Below are positions 40,731 to 53,627 of a DNA stretch of 64,000 nucleotides, one piece after another. Origin of the DNA: Octopus sinensis. Lineage: Eukaryota. The stretch covers positions 47,368,001 to 47,432,000 of the forward strand of contig NC_043006.1 in the NCBI RefSeq assembly GCF_006345805.1, read 5' to 3'. A model generated the notes under the pieces. The model was not told the DNA's origin. It was given only the letters and a program-made list of their open reading frames with translations, and searched no databases. The translations under genes and the position numbers were made by a program. Position 1 is the stretch's first letter. Each line of letters begins with the position of its first letter.

Positions 40731-41084
40731 TGTCTCTGTCTCTCTCTGTCTCTCTGTCTCTCTGTCTCCCTCTCTCTCTCTCTATATATCTATATATATA
40801 TATATATATATAGATATATAATATATGTACACTAATGCACGCACACACACACATATATATATTATATTCAGTGAGAGATGTAGATAGAGAGAGAGAGGAA
40901 AGAGAGAGTAAAAGGTTATTATAAACAACAAGTATGCTCGTATGTCATATTTGTATAGAGACTACTGAGTGTTAGAAAGTGGGGTGAAGGCAAAGAGCGA
41001 AAGAGGGAGGGAAGATAGGGAATGGGTAAATGTAGACAGGCATAATGAACGAAAGTGTTAAATCTGCATACTGATGTATGCACA

Positions 41085-41500
41085 GACGTGGCCATGTGGC
41101 AAGACGATTGCTTCCCAATCACATGGTTCTGGGTTCAGTCCCACTGCGTGGCATATTGGGCATCTTTCTTTTACAACAGCCTCGAGCCGACCAAGGCCTT
41201 GTGAGTGGATTTGGTGGACGGAAACTAAAAGAAGCATATTTTTTCATCTGTGTGTCCTTGTGTCTTTTTTTTGTTCCTCCAGATTAAAGCTTTATTCTTC
41301 TTCTTATTATTATTGCCAATATGGCAGCATCACTTGACAACCAATGTTGGTGTGTTTAAGTCTCCGTAACTTAGCGGTTCTGCAAAAGAGACCGATCGAA
41401 TAAGTACTAGGCTTGCAAAGAATAAGTCCTAGGGTCTATTTGCTCGACTAAAGGCGGTGCTCCAGAATGGCCGTAGTCATGCGACTGAAACAAGTAAAAG
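41085..41500 (+). mobile_element. SINE family B, full length; SSR position occupied by non-TA sequence
   Basis: Head ggccatgtggcaagacgattgc; tail taaaggcggtgctccagaatggccgtagtcatgcgactgaaacaagtaaaag. Confidence 0.88.
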
Positions 41501-41782
41501 AACACAAACGGCACATACACGCTCGAACACACAGACATAAGCATACGTGCACAATACGTATGTAACTACATGTGTATTTGTGCGTGTGTGAGTATGTGTG
41601 TGCGTGTCTGAGAGTGTGTGTGCGTCTGTGTATGCGTAGTCGTTGTGCGTAAATAACATACTTGAGAGTTTACACTTATCTCAGGATGAAAATAAAATGA
41701 ATGGGGATATTTGAGGAGGTGAGAAAAAAAAATGTAACTTGGAGATCTGACTTCTGTCATGCTCTCTTTCAAGCCGAACAGG

Positions 41783-41871
<89 letters not shown>

Positions 41872-41892
41872 CTATATATATCTATATATATC

Positions 41893-41923
<31 letters not shown>

Positions 41924-42959
41924 CTTTGTGTGTGCATCTACATGTATCTTAATATCTCTCTTTATATCCTGGTGCAGCTGAAAGGAATCAACGATGATTT
42001 GTGATGACCAAAATGGCAATAGTGTGAACATAATGGGTTCCTTGAGAATAGCCATATGTCTGAATGTCTAAAACGGCTTAAAGCAAAGTGGCTGCCGTTA
42101 AACCATTTTATACAGACTTTTTATTGATTTGCGAAAATTTCTCTCATAATCACTTTGGACCCTTCTGCTTTGTCTGGCATTGATGACGATTTGGTGACTC
42201 TTAATGCTTCTTAAATAACCCAATATTCATTTTTTTTCCATGTACCACTTGAAACGAACTACATTCTTTTATCGGGATGCTTACAGTATATGCTTACATA
42301 ATCATAAAAAAAAGTATTTTCGTCGTATTTCACTGTTTCTCAGCATGTATCTATCTACAACTATATATGTCTACGTTTGTGTGCATTTGTGTGTATGCGT
42401 GTGTATGTGTGAGCGCTTGTGCAAGTGAAGGAATAAGTCTGTCTACGTGTGCGTTTATGTTTTGCGTCTACTGCCTAGAGATCACATAAATTGCTGTGCC
42501 ATAAATGCGATCAGCGAATGTTCAAATTCTTCGGTTCACATTGTAATTCATTATTTTCCGTCATACATGAAAAAAAACGCACCAAAATTGAAACTACTCT
42601 AACCACGCAAACCATTCAACAATTATTTTTTAGTATTTTCATTCACTCAGCTTTGGTTTCAGTATATATATCTAGCCGAATCCACAGTAAAGTTTTTGCT
42701 AACTTTTCTCTTGTCTATGATGTTCTGCCTATGTTCGTACGTCCTATGCCCGCCAGTAGAACTTAATGGGCTTAGTTAAAGTCGTATAATACGCCGCCAG
42801 TTCTGGAAGTAATGCGCACTGTTATTTTGAAGTCACTATTTCCCATGCCTTTGATATTTTAGGCTTCTACTGCCATGTGTTACACCCTGAGGCTACCCTC
42901 AATTCAACAAGCAGGTGTTTTATCAAGTATAACTATTCCAGGCTGTCGTTGCATCGTTT

Positions 42960-43073
42960 TATTCTTACTCTTTACTTTTTTACTTGTTTCAGTCATTTGA
43001 CTGTGGCCATGCTGGTGCAACGCCTTTAATCGAAGAAATCGACCCCAGGACTTATTCTTTGTAATCCTAGTAT

Positions 43074-43133
<60 letters not shown>

Positions 43134-43352
43134 TATATGTTTGTGTCGTTTGTATGTTTGTGTTTGTACCCCCAACACCGCTTGACAACAGATGCTGGTG
43201 TGGTTACGTCCCCGTAACTTGGCGGTTCGGCAAAAGAGACCGATAGCATAAGAACTAAGCTTACAAAGAATAAGTCTTGGCGTCGATTTGCTCGACTAAA
43301 AAGGCGGTGCTCCAGCATAGCCACAATCAAAGGACAGAAACAAGTAAAAGAT
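42960..43352. mobile_element. Two truncated SINE-B copies in inverted orientation around (TG)n
   Basis: Minus tail 42960-43072 and plus 3' half about 43085-43352. Confidence 0.8.
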
Positions 43353-43789
43353 GCCAATATGCCAGGTGGCATGAACCACGATTTTGCTACCTGTTTTCGA
43401 TGCATGTAAAGATACAATAACCTTTTAATACTGGATAAAATGTAAAGTTGCAGCAAAAGGACATACTGCAAAACCCAATTCATGAGTCAAACTTTTAACC
43501 ATGATTTTTTGTGTTCAGCTCCCTAACATCTTGGACAATTTCCTATTCTATGCGTGTCTACAAGCATGCATTTCATCACTTCTCGTTGGAATGTGAATTT
43601 CGGTCTTTATCCAAGCATAAGTTAGGTATTTATGAAACACTGGATTTGTAGATCACGACTAGTTGTTTAGGGTGAATATGCTTGTCTAGTCATTCCGTAA
43701 ACTACTTCGTGCATGAGGAGTTTTCTATCAGAACTCATCTACGAATTCCCAACGCATACAAAAGATTCATTTGCCTTACAGAAATGGTT

Positions 43790-44465
43790 TCAAATTTTGA
43801 CACACGCTGCAATTGAAAGGAGAGTAGAATAGTTGATTATGTCAACCCTGCTACTCAAATAGTACCAACTTTATTAAGCGCAAGAGGACGAATTGTATAG
43901 TGGTTCTCGGTGGAACTTGAAGGCAGAAATTCGTAGGCGGAAAAAGGGTGCTAAGAAGTTTGTTCGACGCGCTAACGATTCTTATTTCTTTATTGCCCAC
44001 AAGGGTTAAACACAGAGGGGACAAACAAGGACAAACAAAGGGATTAAGTCAATTGCATCGACTCCAGTGCGTAATTAATTTATCGACCCCCAAAGGATGA
44101 AAGGCAAAGTCGACTTCATCGGAATTTGAACTCAGAACGTAATGGCAGACGAAATACGGCTACGCATTTCGCCCGGCGTGCTAACGTTTCTGCCAGCTCA
44201 CCACCTTTCTGCCAGATCTAGCGATTCAGCAAGATCTAGGCTTTTTATAACAGTGTGAAAATCAGGCACAAAGCCAGAAATTTTAGGGAGATATGATTAC
44301 TTGATTACATAAAGCATGGTGTTTTACAGGAACTTATTTTAACAACCCCGAAAGGTTAAAAGGCAAGATCAGCTTCGGCGGAATTTTAACTCAGAACGTG
44401 AAATGCCGGAAGAAATGTCATTAAGCATTTTGTCCAATGCATTAACAATTATCTCAGTTTACCGA
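43790..44465 (-). mobile_element. SINE family A cluster (3-4 units of differing age)
   Basis: Repeated reverse Nin-like units (gaaaggatgaaaggcaaagtcgac...ggaatttgaactcagaacg). Confidence 0.8.
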
Positions 44466-44589
44466 TTTGCATATTTGACATCAATAAATCTTATTCAGAT
44501 TTCATGGTATATTATTCAAATTTCAAGATATATATTTCAGCTCAATCTGTGTTGTGGAGTAGATACTACAGTCTTAATATTATAAAGAT

Positions 44590-44815
44590 CAGTTGGCAGA
44601 AACGTTAGCACGCCGGGTGAAATGCCTAGCAGTATTTCGTCTGCCTTTATGGCCTGAGTTCAAATTCCACCGATGTCGACTTTGCATTTCATCCATTCGA
44701 GGTCAATTAAATATGTACCAATTAAGCACTGGGGTCGATGTAAATGACTTAATCCCTTTGTCTGTCCTTGTTTATTCCCTCTCCGTTTAGCCCCTTGTGG
44801 GTAATAAAGAAATAA
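44590..44815 (+). mobile_element. SINE family A monomer
   Basis: Head, Nin-like domain and tail ccccttgtgggtaataaagaaata. Confidence 0.88.
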
Positions 44816-45124
44816 TATCATAAATGTCTGGAATGAAGACTACATAAGTTCAAGTGTCTTTCATTTTTCTTTTTTCCTTACAAATTGAAATGAAAAACTC
44901 AGTGAGCCGGATCAAAAGGATGTAAGCAACGCTCTAACAACAGTGCTGAGCTGCCGCTTAGGCAATACAGCGCATATAATGGAATCTGAACCACGCGAGT
45001 GTGTGCTTCCCCGTGTAAGTTGTTATACTCTAGAGAATGCTGGCCACTCCTCGCTCAAATTAAATACTCATGAACATAAGTATAATATCTTGTTTATGAT
45101 AATTAGTTGAACTATTGTTTATTT

Positions 45125-45330
45125 TCTATCGCAGAGTCGGTAGCACAGCGGGTAAAATCCCCCGCGGCATTTCGTCTCTCCTAACGTTCTGAGATCAAAT
45201 TCCGCCGAGGATGACTTTACCGTTCATCCTCTAAGGATCGATAAAATAACTCCCAGTCAAGCACTGGGATCGATGTAATAGACTTACACTCTCTCCCCAT
45301 ATTGCTGGCCTTGTGCCAAAATTTGAAACC
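45125..45330 (+). mobile_element. SINE family A monomer (alternative tail)
   Basis: caaattccgccgaggatgacttt...ggccttgtgccaaaatttgaaacc. Confidence 0.75.
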
Positions 45331-45959
45331 AATGAATGTTATAATCACGACTGTAATACTTCCAATATGCAGCCTTAGACACGATTTACAAATTGTGAAT
45401 GCTAATTATATAAAATGAAACGCTCTACTATCCTCTGTATAAGTGATTGTGGTATATAAACTGAGATTATTAAGAATATTTCGCTTCTTATTTCTTCCCA
45501 TCAAATTATATCTTAAAATTTTAAATAGACTGTGCGGGAAAATGTGAATTTGCAGTTATTAGTTACCCGCTCCATCCGAGTAATTTATCTTTAGTGAAAT
45601 CTTAATTTCCTTAAAGCAATCTAAGTTGTTAGCTCGTACAAGCACACGCAGTTATATATATTACACACATACCTACGTACATGCATAGGCATAACGGCGT
45701 GTGTGTATGCCTGTATTATAAGTTTAACTCTATCAGGAAATCTCTAAACTTAACGTCCTTTACAGAAGATAGGCGCCATTAAGTTGTGAATGGATAATCA
45801 TGTGGCATCACGTTTCGTTTATGTTATGAGATCATTTTAATCTCGTATACTTTAGCATTAATATGCTATCCAAGCGCACTGATAAGCAAATTATCTGAAG
45901 CTAGTTTACCAAGAATTGTCGAGCAGTATATACTGATAGGTGTACATAAAATATTTATT

Positions 45960-46165
45960 GGTCTTAAATTTTGGCACACGGCCAGAAATTTTGAGGGAGG
46001 GCGTAAATTGATCACATCGACCCTAGTACTTAACTGGTACTCTTTTTACCGATTCCGAAAGGGTGAAAGGAAAGTCGACCTCAACGGAATTTGAACTCAG
46101 AACAAAAAGACGGAAGAAATGCCTGTAAGCATTTTCCCCGGCAAGTTAACCACTCTGCCATTTTC
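45960..46165 (-). mobile_element. SINE family A monomer
   Basis: Reverse Nin-like domain and head. Confidence 0.75.
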
Positions 46166-46255
46166 AGAGCTTTTGAAATTCTTTTGCAACATTACTAAGA
46201 ACTTAAGGGATACTCATATCAAATTATTATTATTATTTTATTATTATTATTATTA

Positions 46256-46287
<32 letters not shown>

Positions 46288-46289
46288 TT

Positions 46290-46729
46290 TTTCCTTCTTT
46301 CTTCAAATTTTCTTCCGTTTCTCGCCGAGTGTTTTCCATACACCTAGGGCAGAGAAGCTCATTGTATGCATTCCCAGATTATACACGCAAATTCACAGAT
46401 AAAATATGTATTTAAAAATTAATAAATAAATAAATTCACGGATGGATGTTGTTTTCACAGCGATAATGCTCTTCTCAGTACATGAGCTGTTCCAGTTAAT
46501 ACGATTATTTGTACTTCCTGTAGGGATGGTAAGCCTGGAATCATTTTCAAATAGGCTTCAGTACCATTTTTTTATCATTCCTAGAGATCCTACAATCACT
46601 GGTACTGTGGTAGCCTTGAGATGCCACATTTTTTCAATTTATATTAGCAAGTCTTTATATTTACTAATCTTGTCAAATTCTTTCGCCGCTATATTGTGAT
46701 CGCAAGGAATACTCATGTCAATTAATAAA
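46290..46729 (-). mobile_element. R4/Dong-like LINE 3' end, subfamily 1 (RLE endonuclease C-terminus, 3'UTR, (AAT)n tail)
   Basis: LLIDMSIPCDHNIAAKEFDKISKYKDLLI*IEKMWHLKATTVPVIVGSLGMIKK..AYLKMIPGLPSLQEVQ.IVLTGTAHVLRRALSL*, stop at 46455-46457. Confidence 0.88.
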
Positions 46730-46789
46730 CATTATTATATTATTATTATTATTATTATTATATTATTATTATTATTATTGCCTTTGCCC

Positions 46790-47620
46790 AGCTTCTAACC
46801 CAAGAGATGTCTTACAGTGTCAGCTGTTCATTACCAGTGAACAAAGGTAACACCTCTTATTTTTCGAGCACGTCCCGGAGTATTCGAGCGGTTCCAAGCA
46901 GTGCTGTTTTCTGCAAGTGCTTCGTCTTTATTGCAGCCTCTATTTGTTCCACGTACTTCTCGAGATTTTTGCTCACTATTCCCAGGGCTCCGATAATTAT
47001 TGGTACTATTGCTACCTTTTTCATCGACCACAACTGCTTACCTTTCCAAGCTAACATGTCATCTCTCGACTTTTCTTTCTTCTTTATCGCAAACCTTGTT
47101 GTCAGCTGGCCATCCTATATCTATGATCCAGCATAGTTTGATTTCTTTCTCAATTAGGACTATGTCCAGCTTCCTATTCTATATCCCATGGTCGCACAAG
47201 GATCTTTGCAGTTTCATTTTCGACGATGACTTCAGGTTTGTTGTCGTATCAATTTTTTGCTCTGTCAAGACCATACTTGTTGCCTCGGAGCCTGGTTATA
47301 TTGTCGTAGGGTCTCTTAGATTCCTTCTGGGTTAGGGATGTGCGTTGGCTGGAAATTTACCATGCGTTTTCAAAGTTTGGTCCAAATATACTGCACTTAT
47401 CACTTTCTGCTGTGTTGTCTATTCTGTATTTTATGCAGTTTGTTCTTAGTGTTTTCTATTGGGCAGCACATATTAGAGCCTCCCTTCCCGGTTTTAAATC
47501 ACTTTTAGTCATCAACAGCCATCTTTTTTCTGTCTATCTTATCTTCAACATCCCTATGAAATTGACCATGAATTCTTTTCTTTACTCACCTATTTTCAGT
47601 TTCATTCGTTTTCAATTTCT
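46790..47620 (-). mobile_element. R4/Dong-like LINE 3' end, subfamily 2 (zinc-knuckle remnant, RLE, short 3'UTR, (AAT)n tail)
   Basis: GQFHRD..KSDLKPGREALICAAQ..LRTN..YRIDNT..KC ... LTQKE ... KLDIVLIEKEIKLCWIIDI..PAD ... WSMKKVAIVPIIIGALGIV..LEKY..QKTALLGTARILRDVLEK*. Confidence 0.9.
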
Positions 47621-47659
47621 TGTATAGTGCTTTATCTTTGCAAAATTTCATCCTACACA

Positions 47660-47765
47660 AGCCTGACCTTCTTCTTCTTCTTCTCTTCTTCTTCTTCTTC
47701 TTCTTCTTCTTCTTCTTCTCATCATCCCCCTCCCCCTCCTCTCCTCCTCCTCCTCCTCCTCCTCC

Positions 47766-47832
<67 letters not shown>
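47660..47832. repeat. Compound trinucleotide tract (CTT)n(CCT)n(CAT)n(TAT)n
   Basis: Direct inspection; explains the poly-F/S/P/H/Y pseudo-ORF. Confidence 0.95.
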
Positions 47833-47834
47833 GA

Positions 47835-48052
47835 AGGCGGTGAGCTGGCGGAATCTGTAGCGCGCTGGACGAAATGCTTAGCGGTAATTCGACCGTCGCT
47901 ACTTCTGTTGTCGATATTTATTCCGCCGAGGTCGACTTTGCCTTTCATTCTTTCGAGGTCGATAAATTAAGTACCAGTTAAAAAATGGGGTCGATGTAAT
48001 TGACTTTGTGCCTCTCCGTAAATTCCAGGCCTTGCATCTACACTAGAAAGGA
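47835..48052 (+). mobile_element. SINE family A monomer
   Basis: ggcggtgagctggcggaatc head, Nin-like domain, tail ggccttgcatctacactagaaagg. Confidence 0.85.
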
Positions 48053-48096
48053 TTATTATTATTAATATTATTATTTTGTTGTTGTTATTATTATTA

Positions 48097-48138
<42 letters not shown>

Positions 48139-49792
48139 CATCATCATCATCATTATATCATCATCATCATCATTATTATCATCATCATCATCATCATCAT
48201 CATCATCGTCATCATCATCATCATTGTTTTGCCGCTAATATTTATTTTTCCTCCGCGTAACATGACTTGGCAATGCTTTTAATTAAAATGGTTTCTCTGA
48301 AGTTTAAATAAGTCTTGTATTTCATTTCAGCTACACTTTGAAAAATAAATTTTCAATCGTGTTAACAAAACACGTCTAAACAAACGCACCAACATCTAAG
48401 CCATCGGCGCGTTTTGTCCGAGACATAGTTTCCATTGCAGGTTCAATGATCTCCACATTTTATTACATAAGCGATTCTGCATTCAAAGTGAATAACGTCG
48501 ACATCGTTCTATTAAATCATCGCATAAAGTATAATGCCATTGTGTAAGTGGTAATTAGTTTGTTTTGCGTCACATTAGAAGTTTATGCGATAATTTTCCT
48601 ACGTTTACTGTTCTGAAGCTTTCATATATTCTCCATTTCATTAATTTTAACATTCTTATGTCAGACTACATTCTAATACTTGTTGAATTTAAAGCTTTCA
48701 TTTTTCTATAACAATTCAACCATAACTCAGGTTAAGTGAAAAAAATTTTTTCAGACATCCATCTTGCATAATTGGCAGTTGGATAAGTTTGTGGTTTTCT
48801 TATTTACATTTATTTCAGCGGCAGCGTGAATTCGTTTATCTCTATATACCAAAACAGAAAACCAAGATATAAATATACTGGTTTTCTTCATCCTACCGCG
48901 GACACTGTTCTTGTTCATCAATACATATATAAGCCGGTGTATGTGTTAGCAAATTTCATTCAGGGACTACAAATCGAACGCATAATACCATGTGTACCAA
49001 CATTTACCTGTGAAGATGTGTGTGATATTTTCTCAATATCTGCCCAGGCAACATAACTGAATTCAATTCTTCAAATTTATTGTGATCCTATCGAGGAATT
49101 TACACATTTCTCTTTCCATTTATCTTCCATTTCTTTGCTTTATTTCTCTTTTTGGAGTCTATCATTTTCCATTAATGGTGACTAATTTTTTTCGCCTTCT
49201 CAGGAGGTGTTACGTTATCCACGCAAATTATTATAAAATTTACCTGATAGTTCAATGTTGGGGTAAAAAATTCTATAATATGTGAAACAATAGTACGCTT
49301 ACTAGCAGTAGCAAATATTCCATGACATATTATATAACAAACATTGAATACTGTCAACTCGGATATGTTATTCTACATCTAAAAATCGGACAACATGGTA
49401 ACGGTGGAAAATTTTGGTCAAACGTTTTAACGATAAGGATTGAAATGACCGTAAACAATAACACAGTAAATACAATGCCTCGCCTTCCCTCTCTTTATTA
49501 CTCAGCACTTTATTTCACTTCAGATTAGAAGTTTCTGAGAAGTTTTACTTCATTTACACTTCCAAAACATATATTCTTTGCCAGTTCATTAATTTTCACA
49601 TTTTTCTTTCAAACAACGCTCTAATAATTGCCCAGGAATTGCCTTTTATCTTATACAAGGGAAATTATAGAGAACGCATCTATCACAATAAATAACACAT
49701 ACCATGTGATTTGTTTTCTCGAAACAAATTGAAGGAAGTGGATATTTGGAATGAAATAACTATATTGTGTACACACTGTATATATAAATATT

Positions 49793-50085
49793 AGCGCAGG
49801 CGTGGCTTACTTCATAACCGCATGGCTCTGGGTTCAGTCCCACTGCGTGGGAAGTTGACCAAAAGTCTTCCGTGTGAGTGTAATTGGTAGACAGAAACTG
49901 AAAGAAGTCCGTCGTGTATATGTGCTTGTGTGTGTCTGTGTGTGTGTGCCTTTGGGTCCCCTCACCACTTGAAAAATTACGAAGATTTGTATTCTCGTAA
50001 ATCAGCGGTTCGGTAACGGAGACCGATGGAGTATGTACTAGGCTTTAAAAAACATAATTCATGGATTCGATTTTTCGATTAAACT
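49793..50085 (+). mobile_element. SINE family B, diverged with deletions
   Basis: gcgcaggcgtggc...gggttcagtcccactgcgtgg...gaaactgaaagaagtccgtcg. Confidence 0.75.
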
Positions 50086-50875
50086 GTTAGCACGTCGGGC
50101 GAAATGCTTATCTGTATTTCGTCTGTCTTTATGTTCAGAGTTCAAATTTTACCGAGGTCTACTTTGTCTTTCGGAGGTCGATAAATAAAGTGCCAGTTGC
50201 GGACCTGGGATCGATCTAATAAATTGAACCCCTCCCCGCAAATTCGGGCCTTAAAACATTATTTACGCAGGTTGTACCAATATAATAGGTTGTTCCAAGG
50301 CGGCGAGCTGGCAGAAACGTTAGCATGCCGGGTGAAATGCTTAGTGGTACGTTCTGAGTTCAAATTCCGCCGAGGTCGACTTTGCCTTTCATCCTTTCGG
50401 GGTCGATGAAATAAGTACCAGTTACGCACTGGGGTGGGTCGCTACAATCGACTTAATACGTCTGTCTGTCCTTGTTTGTCTCCTCTGTTTTTGGCCCCTT
50501 GTGGGTAGAAAAGAAATAGGTATTTCGTCTGCCGCTACGTTCAGAATTCAAATTCCACCGAGGTCGACTTTGCGTTTCATCCTTTCGGGGTCGATTAAAT
50601 GAGTACCAGTTACGCATTTGGGTCGATATGGTCGACTTAATCCTTTTGTCTGTCCTTGTTTGTCCTCTCTGTCTTTAGCCTGTTGTGGGTAGTAAAGAAA
50701 TAGGAAGAGGTATTTCGTCTGTCTTTATGTTCTGAGTTCAAATACCGTCGAGGTCGACTTTGCTTTTCATCCTTTCAGAGTATATAAATTAAGTACCAGT
50801 TGCGTACTGGAGTCGATGTAATCGACTGGTCGCCTCTCCAAAAATGTCGGACATTTGCCTAGAGTAGAAAAGGAT
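50085..50875 (+). mobile_element. SINE family A array: monomer (50085-50245) then a multimer of about 3-4 units (50299-50875)
   Basis: Repeated Nin-like units joined by aaagaaataggtatttcgtctg. Confidence 0.88.
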
Positions 50876-51113
50876 ATACGAGGGTGTTTATATGGCCCAC
50901 GATATATACAGACGTTAAACAAAAATACAGCGTAAATTAAATCCAGATGCTTCACCGAGATTAGCAATTAAATCTAGCTTACACTCATATATTATTTGAA
51001 ATATAAGTTTAGAATTTTAAAATCGATATTAGCTATTACATTGATTATACAGATACTAATATCTCTAAATGGGTGTGTTGTACGCATGTGTGGTTTAATA
51101 TATGAGTAGCCGA

Positions 51114-51320
51114 GGGCGGCGAACGTTAACATGCCGGGCAGAATGTTTGGCAGTATTTCGTCTGCCGTTATGTTCTTATTTTCAAATTCCGCCGAGGTCG
51201 ACTTTGCCTTTCATTCTTTCGGGGTCGATTAAATAAGTACCAGTTACGCACTGGGGTCAAGCTAATCGACTGCCATCCTCCCATCAAATGTTGGGCCTTC
51301 TGCCGAGAGTAGAAAAGAAT
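51114..51320 (+). mobile_element. SINE family A monomer flanked by ~40-bp direct repeats
   Basis: Direct repeats at 51072-51110 and 51331-51370. Confidence 0.85.
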
Positions 51321-51914
51321 ACTCGGAATCGGTGTGTGTTTACGCATGTGGGGTTCAATGTGTGTGTAGCTATATTTATTTAGGTCTATTTGTATTATAA
51401 TGAAGTATGCACATATTCATATATATATATAATATATATATATATATTAGCTTATTATTGGTATATAAACAACATAGTAGGTAGTCGATATAATCGTCTG
51501 AGTTCGTTCTTATAACAATGGGACATAATTACACACGCTTCTTATAGGTCTCTGAGAGGACATCTATAACTTTGATAATTATGTATTTACTTTCCACCTC
51601 AGACTGGCCAATTAGCAGCAACCTATATACGACACACTAACTCTCACATGCAATCACATGCATAAGAAAATACATGCATACATACATAATTACTACATAT
51701 CAAAACACATGTATGGCGAAATACATGCATACACGCAGACAAACATACAGAAATATATATATATATATATGTATATATACACACATTTTTGCGTCTTTGT
51801 ATGTGTGAGTATCTATGTATATATTGATGTAATATGAATTCGATATTGAACATTCACACGCACAGTCATATATATTTATTAGTACACACACACACACATG
51901 TATTCTGAATAAAC

Positions 51915-52075
51915 GTCTCCCTTTTCAAGCCTAGCCAGGCCCACGGGCCAGGTTTCCCTGTTTCTGTGGTGTATGTGTTCCCCCCAGCTGGACGGGACGC
52001 CAGTCCATCGCAGCTTTAGTCAAGAAACAGGAAAGAGTGAGAAAAAGATGTGGAGAAAGAGTACATCAGGGGTCG
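51915..52075 (-). mobile_element. SINE family C, 3' half
   Basis: cccagctggacgggacgccagtccatcgcagc (reverse V-like domain). Confidence 0.8.
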
Positions 52076-52710
52076 CACACACACACAGTCATAGATATAT
52101 ACATGTGTGTGATTGTATGTATGTGTTTTGGTGCACGACATATCAAGCAAGATCTTATGTCACCCGTCTAAAGAGCAGAAGAAAAGGTTTAGAGCGATGT
52201 TCTACATCCCAACATTCAACTATTAAACAAAACAATAAAATTAAAAACAACTAGGGTAGGACTTCTTTACCAAAAGATCGAATTCAATCGGTATAATTAT
52301 AATAAATGCCGGCTTCAATTAATACTGTTTCTTTAATCGATTTTAGTAAATAGAATGTCGGATCTAAAACTAGCGACTTAATTACAGGAAATATATACCT
52401 TAATACGATGTCTATTATTGTGTTAACAACTGGTAAATGTCATGTTAACATAGCTTTGTTATATTAAAAGTTTTCTCATAATTTTATAGCTATCTGGTGT
52501 AATTAATTACTAGGAAATTCATTAAGAGAATTAATCATTAACACTGCACATTATATCCATGTTCCTCTTTCTGAGCATTAACATTCAACTTTATACATCT
52601 TGATTTCTTCACGTTTACTTGACGATAATTAACTTCTTATGCCTCCATATACCGAAGATTGCATTACAGGTTTCATATAATTAAAATCACTTGTCTACAT
52701 GCATATGTAT

Positions 52711-52754
<44 letters not shown>

Positions 52755-52807
52755 ATATGTATGTATGTATTTGTGTGTATATACGTATATATATATATAT
52801 TATATAT

Positions 52808-52859
<52 letters not shown>

Positions 52860-53627
52860 AGTGTGCGTGTATCTAGATGCGTGTGTAATAGATATATCTG
52901 TATACATATGGGTTTGTGTATATATTTATGTATGTAAGTTTGTATGTTTGTGGGTATGAACGTAAGTATATGAGTTTCGCAGAAGGTTTCAGTAAAGCTT
53001 ATCTTGTTATTTACATTAGAACCAGCTTTTACTTGAATGGTGCATTAGAAAATTCACTTCCTCTGATGAATCTCGGAACAAAATCTCTCGCACGCACACG
53101 CACACACATATAGATACACGCATAACTTGTTAGATGGAAATAAAATATATGTGGGCGGAGATGCAGAAAGATATACATGATATATGCGTATGGAATCGTA
53201 TGTATTCAAACCTATAGAGAGGGAGAAGATTGATTTCATTCCATTGTGAATGAATGAGTGCAGAGTAGAATAAACTTTTAAAACGTCTTTTTGCAATTTG
53301 CTTTATTTGTGTGTGTGTGTGTGTGTGCGTGTGTGTGTTAGTATGTATCCCAATGTAATTTTGGTTAAAGAGAGATAATAAATTAACAGGATGAGAATAT
53401 ACTAACAGATTATACTCCAGGATGAGGGGTCGGCCTTTGGTGTGGGTTTTGTGTTGTTTATCACAATTGGAGTATCGCGCGGTAACGGGTCCATTCATTA
53501 TGGATTATCAGGAGCAGTGCTAAGGAAAATTGCACCAGTAGGATGGTCGCTATAGTCTGCTACTCAGTTTTGGCCTGCTTATCAGATGGTCTATTTGGTG
53601 GGGGAGGGTTCCTTCCTCTGTATTCCA

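Noticed and set aside
47620-47970. Poly-L/F/S/P/H/Y ORF
   Set aside because: Trinucleotide SSR running into a SINE-A head.
50085-50875. Repeated units with variable spacers resembling a CRISPR array
   Set aside because: Units are ~130-190-bp SINE-A modules in a eukaryotic context; no cas genes.
53130-53560. 122-aa minus ORF and overlapping open + frames in a GC-richer patch
   Set aside because: Part is SSR; the rest has no recognisable domain or convincing splice sites.
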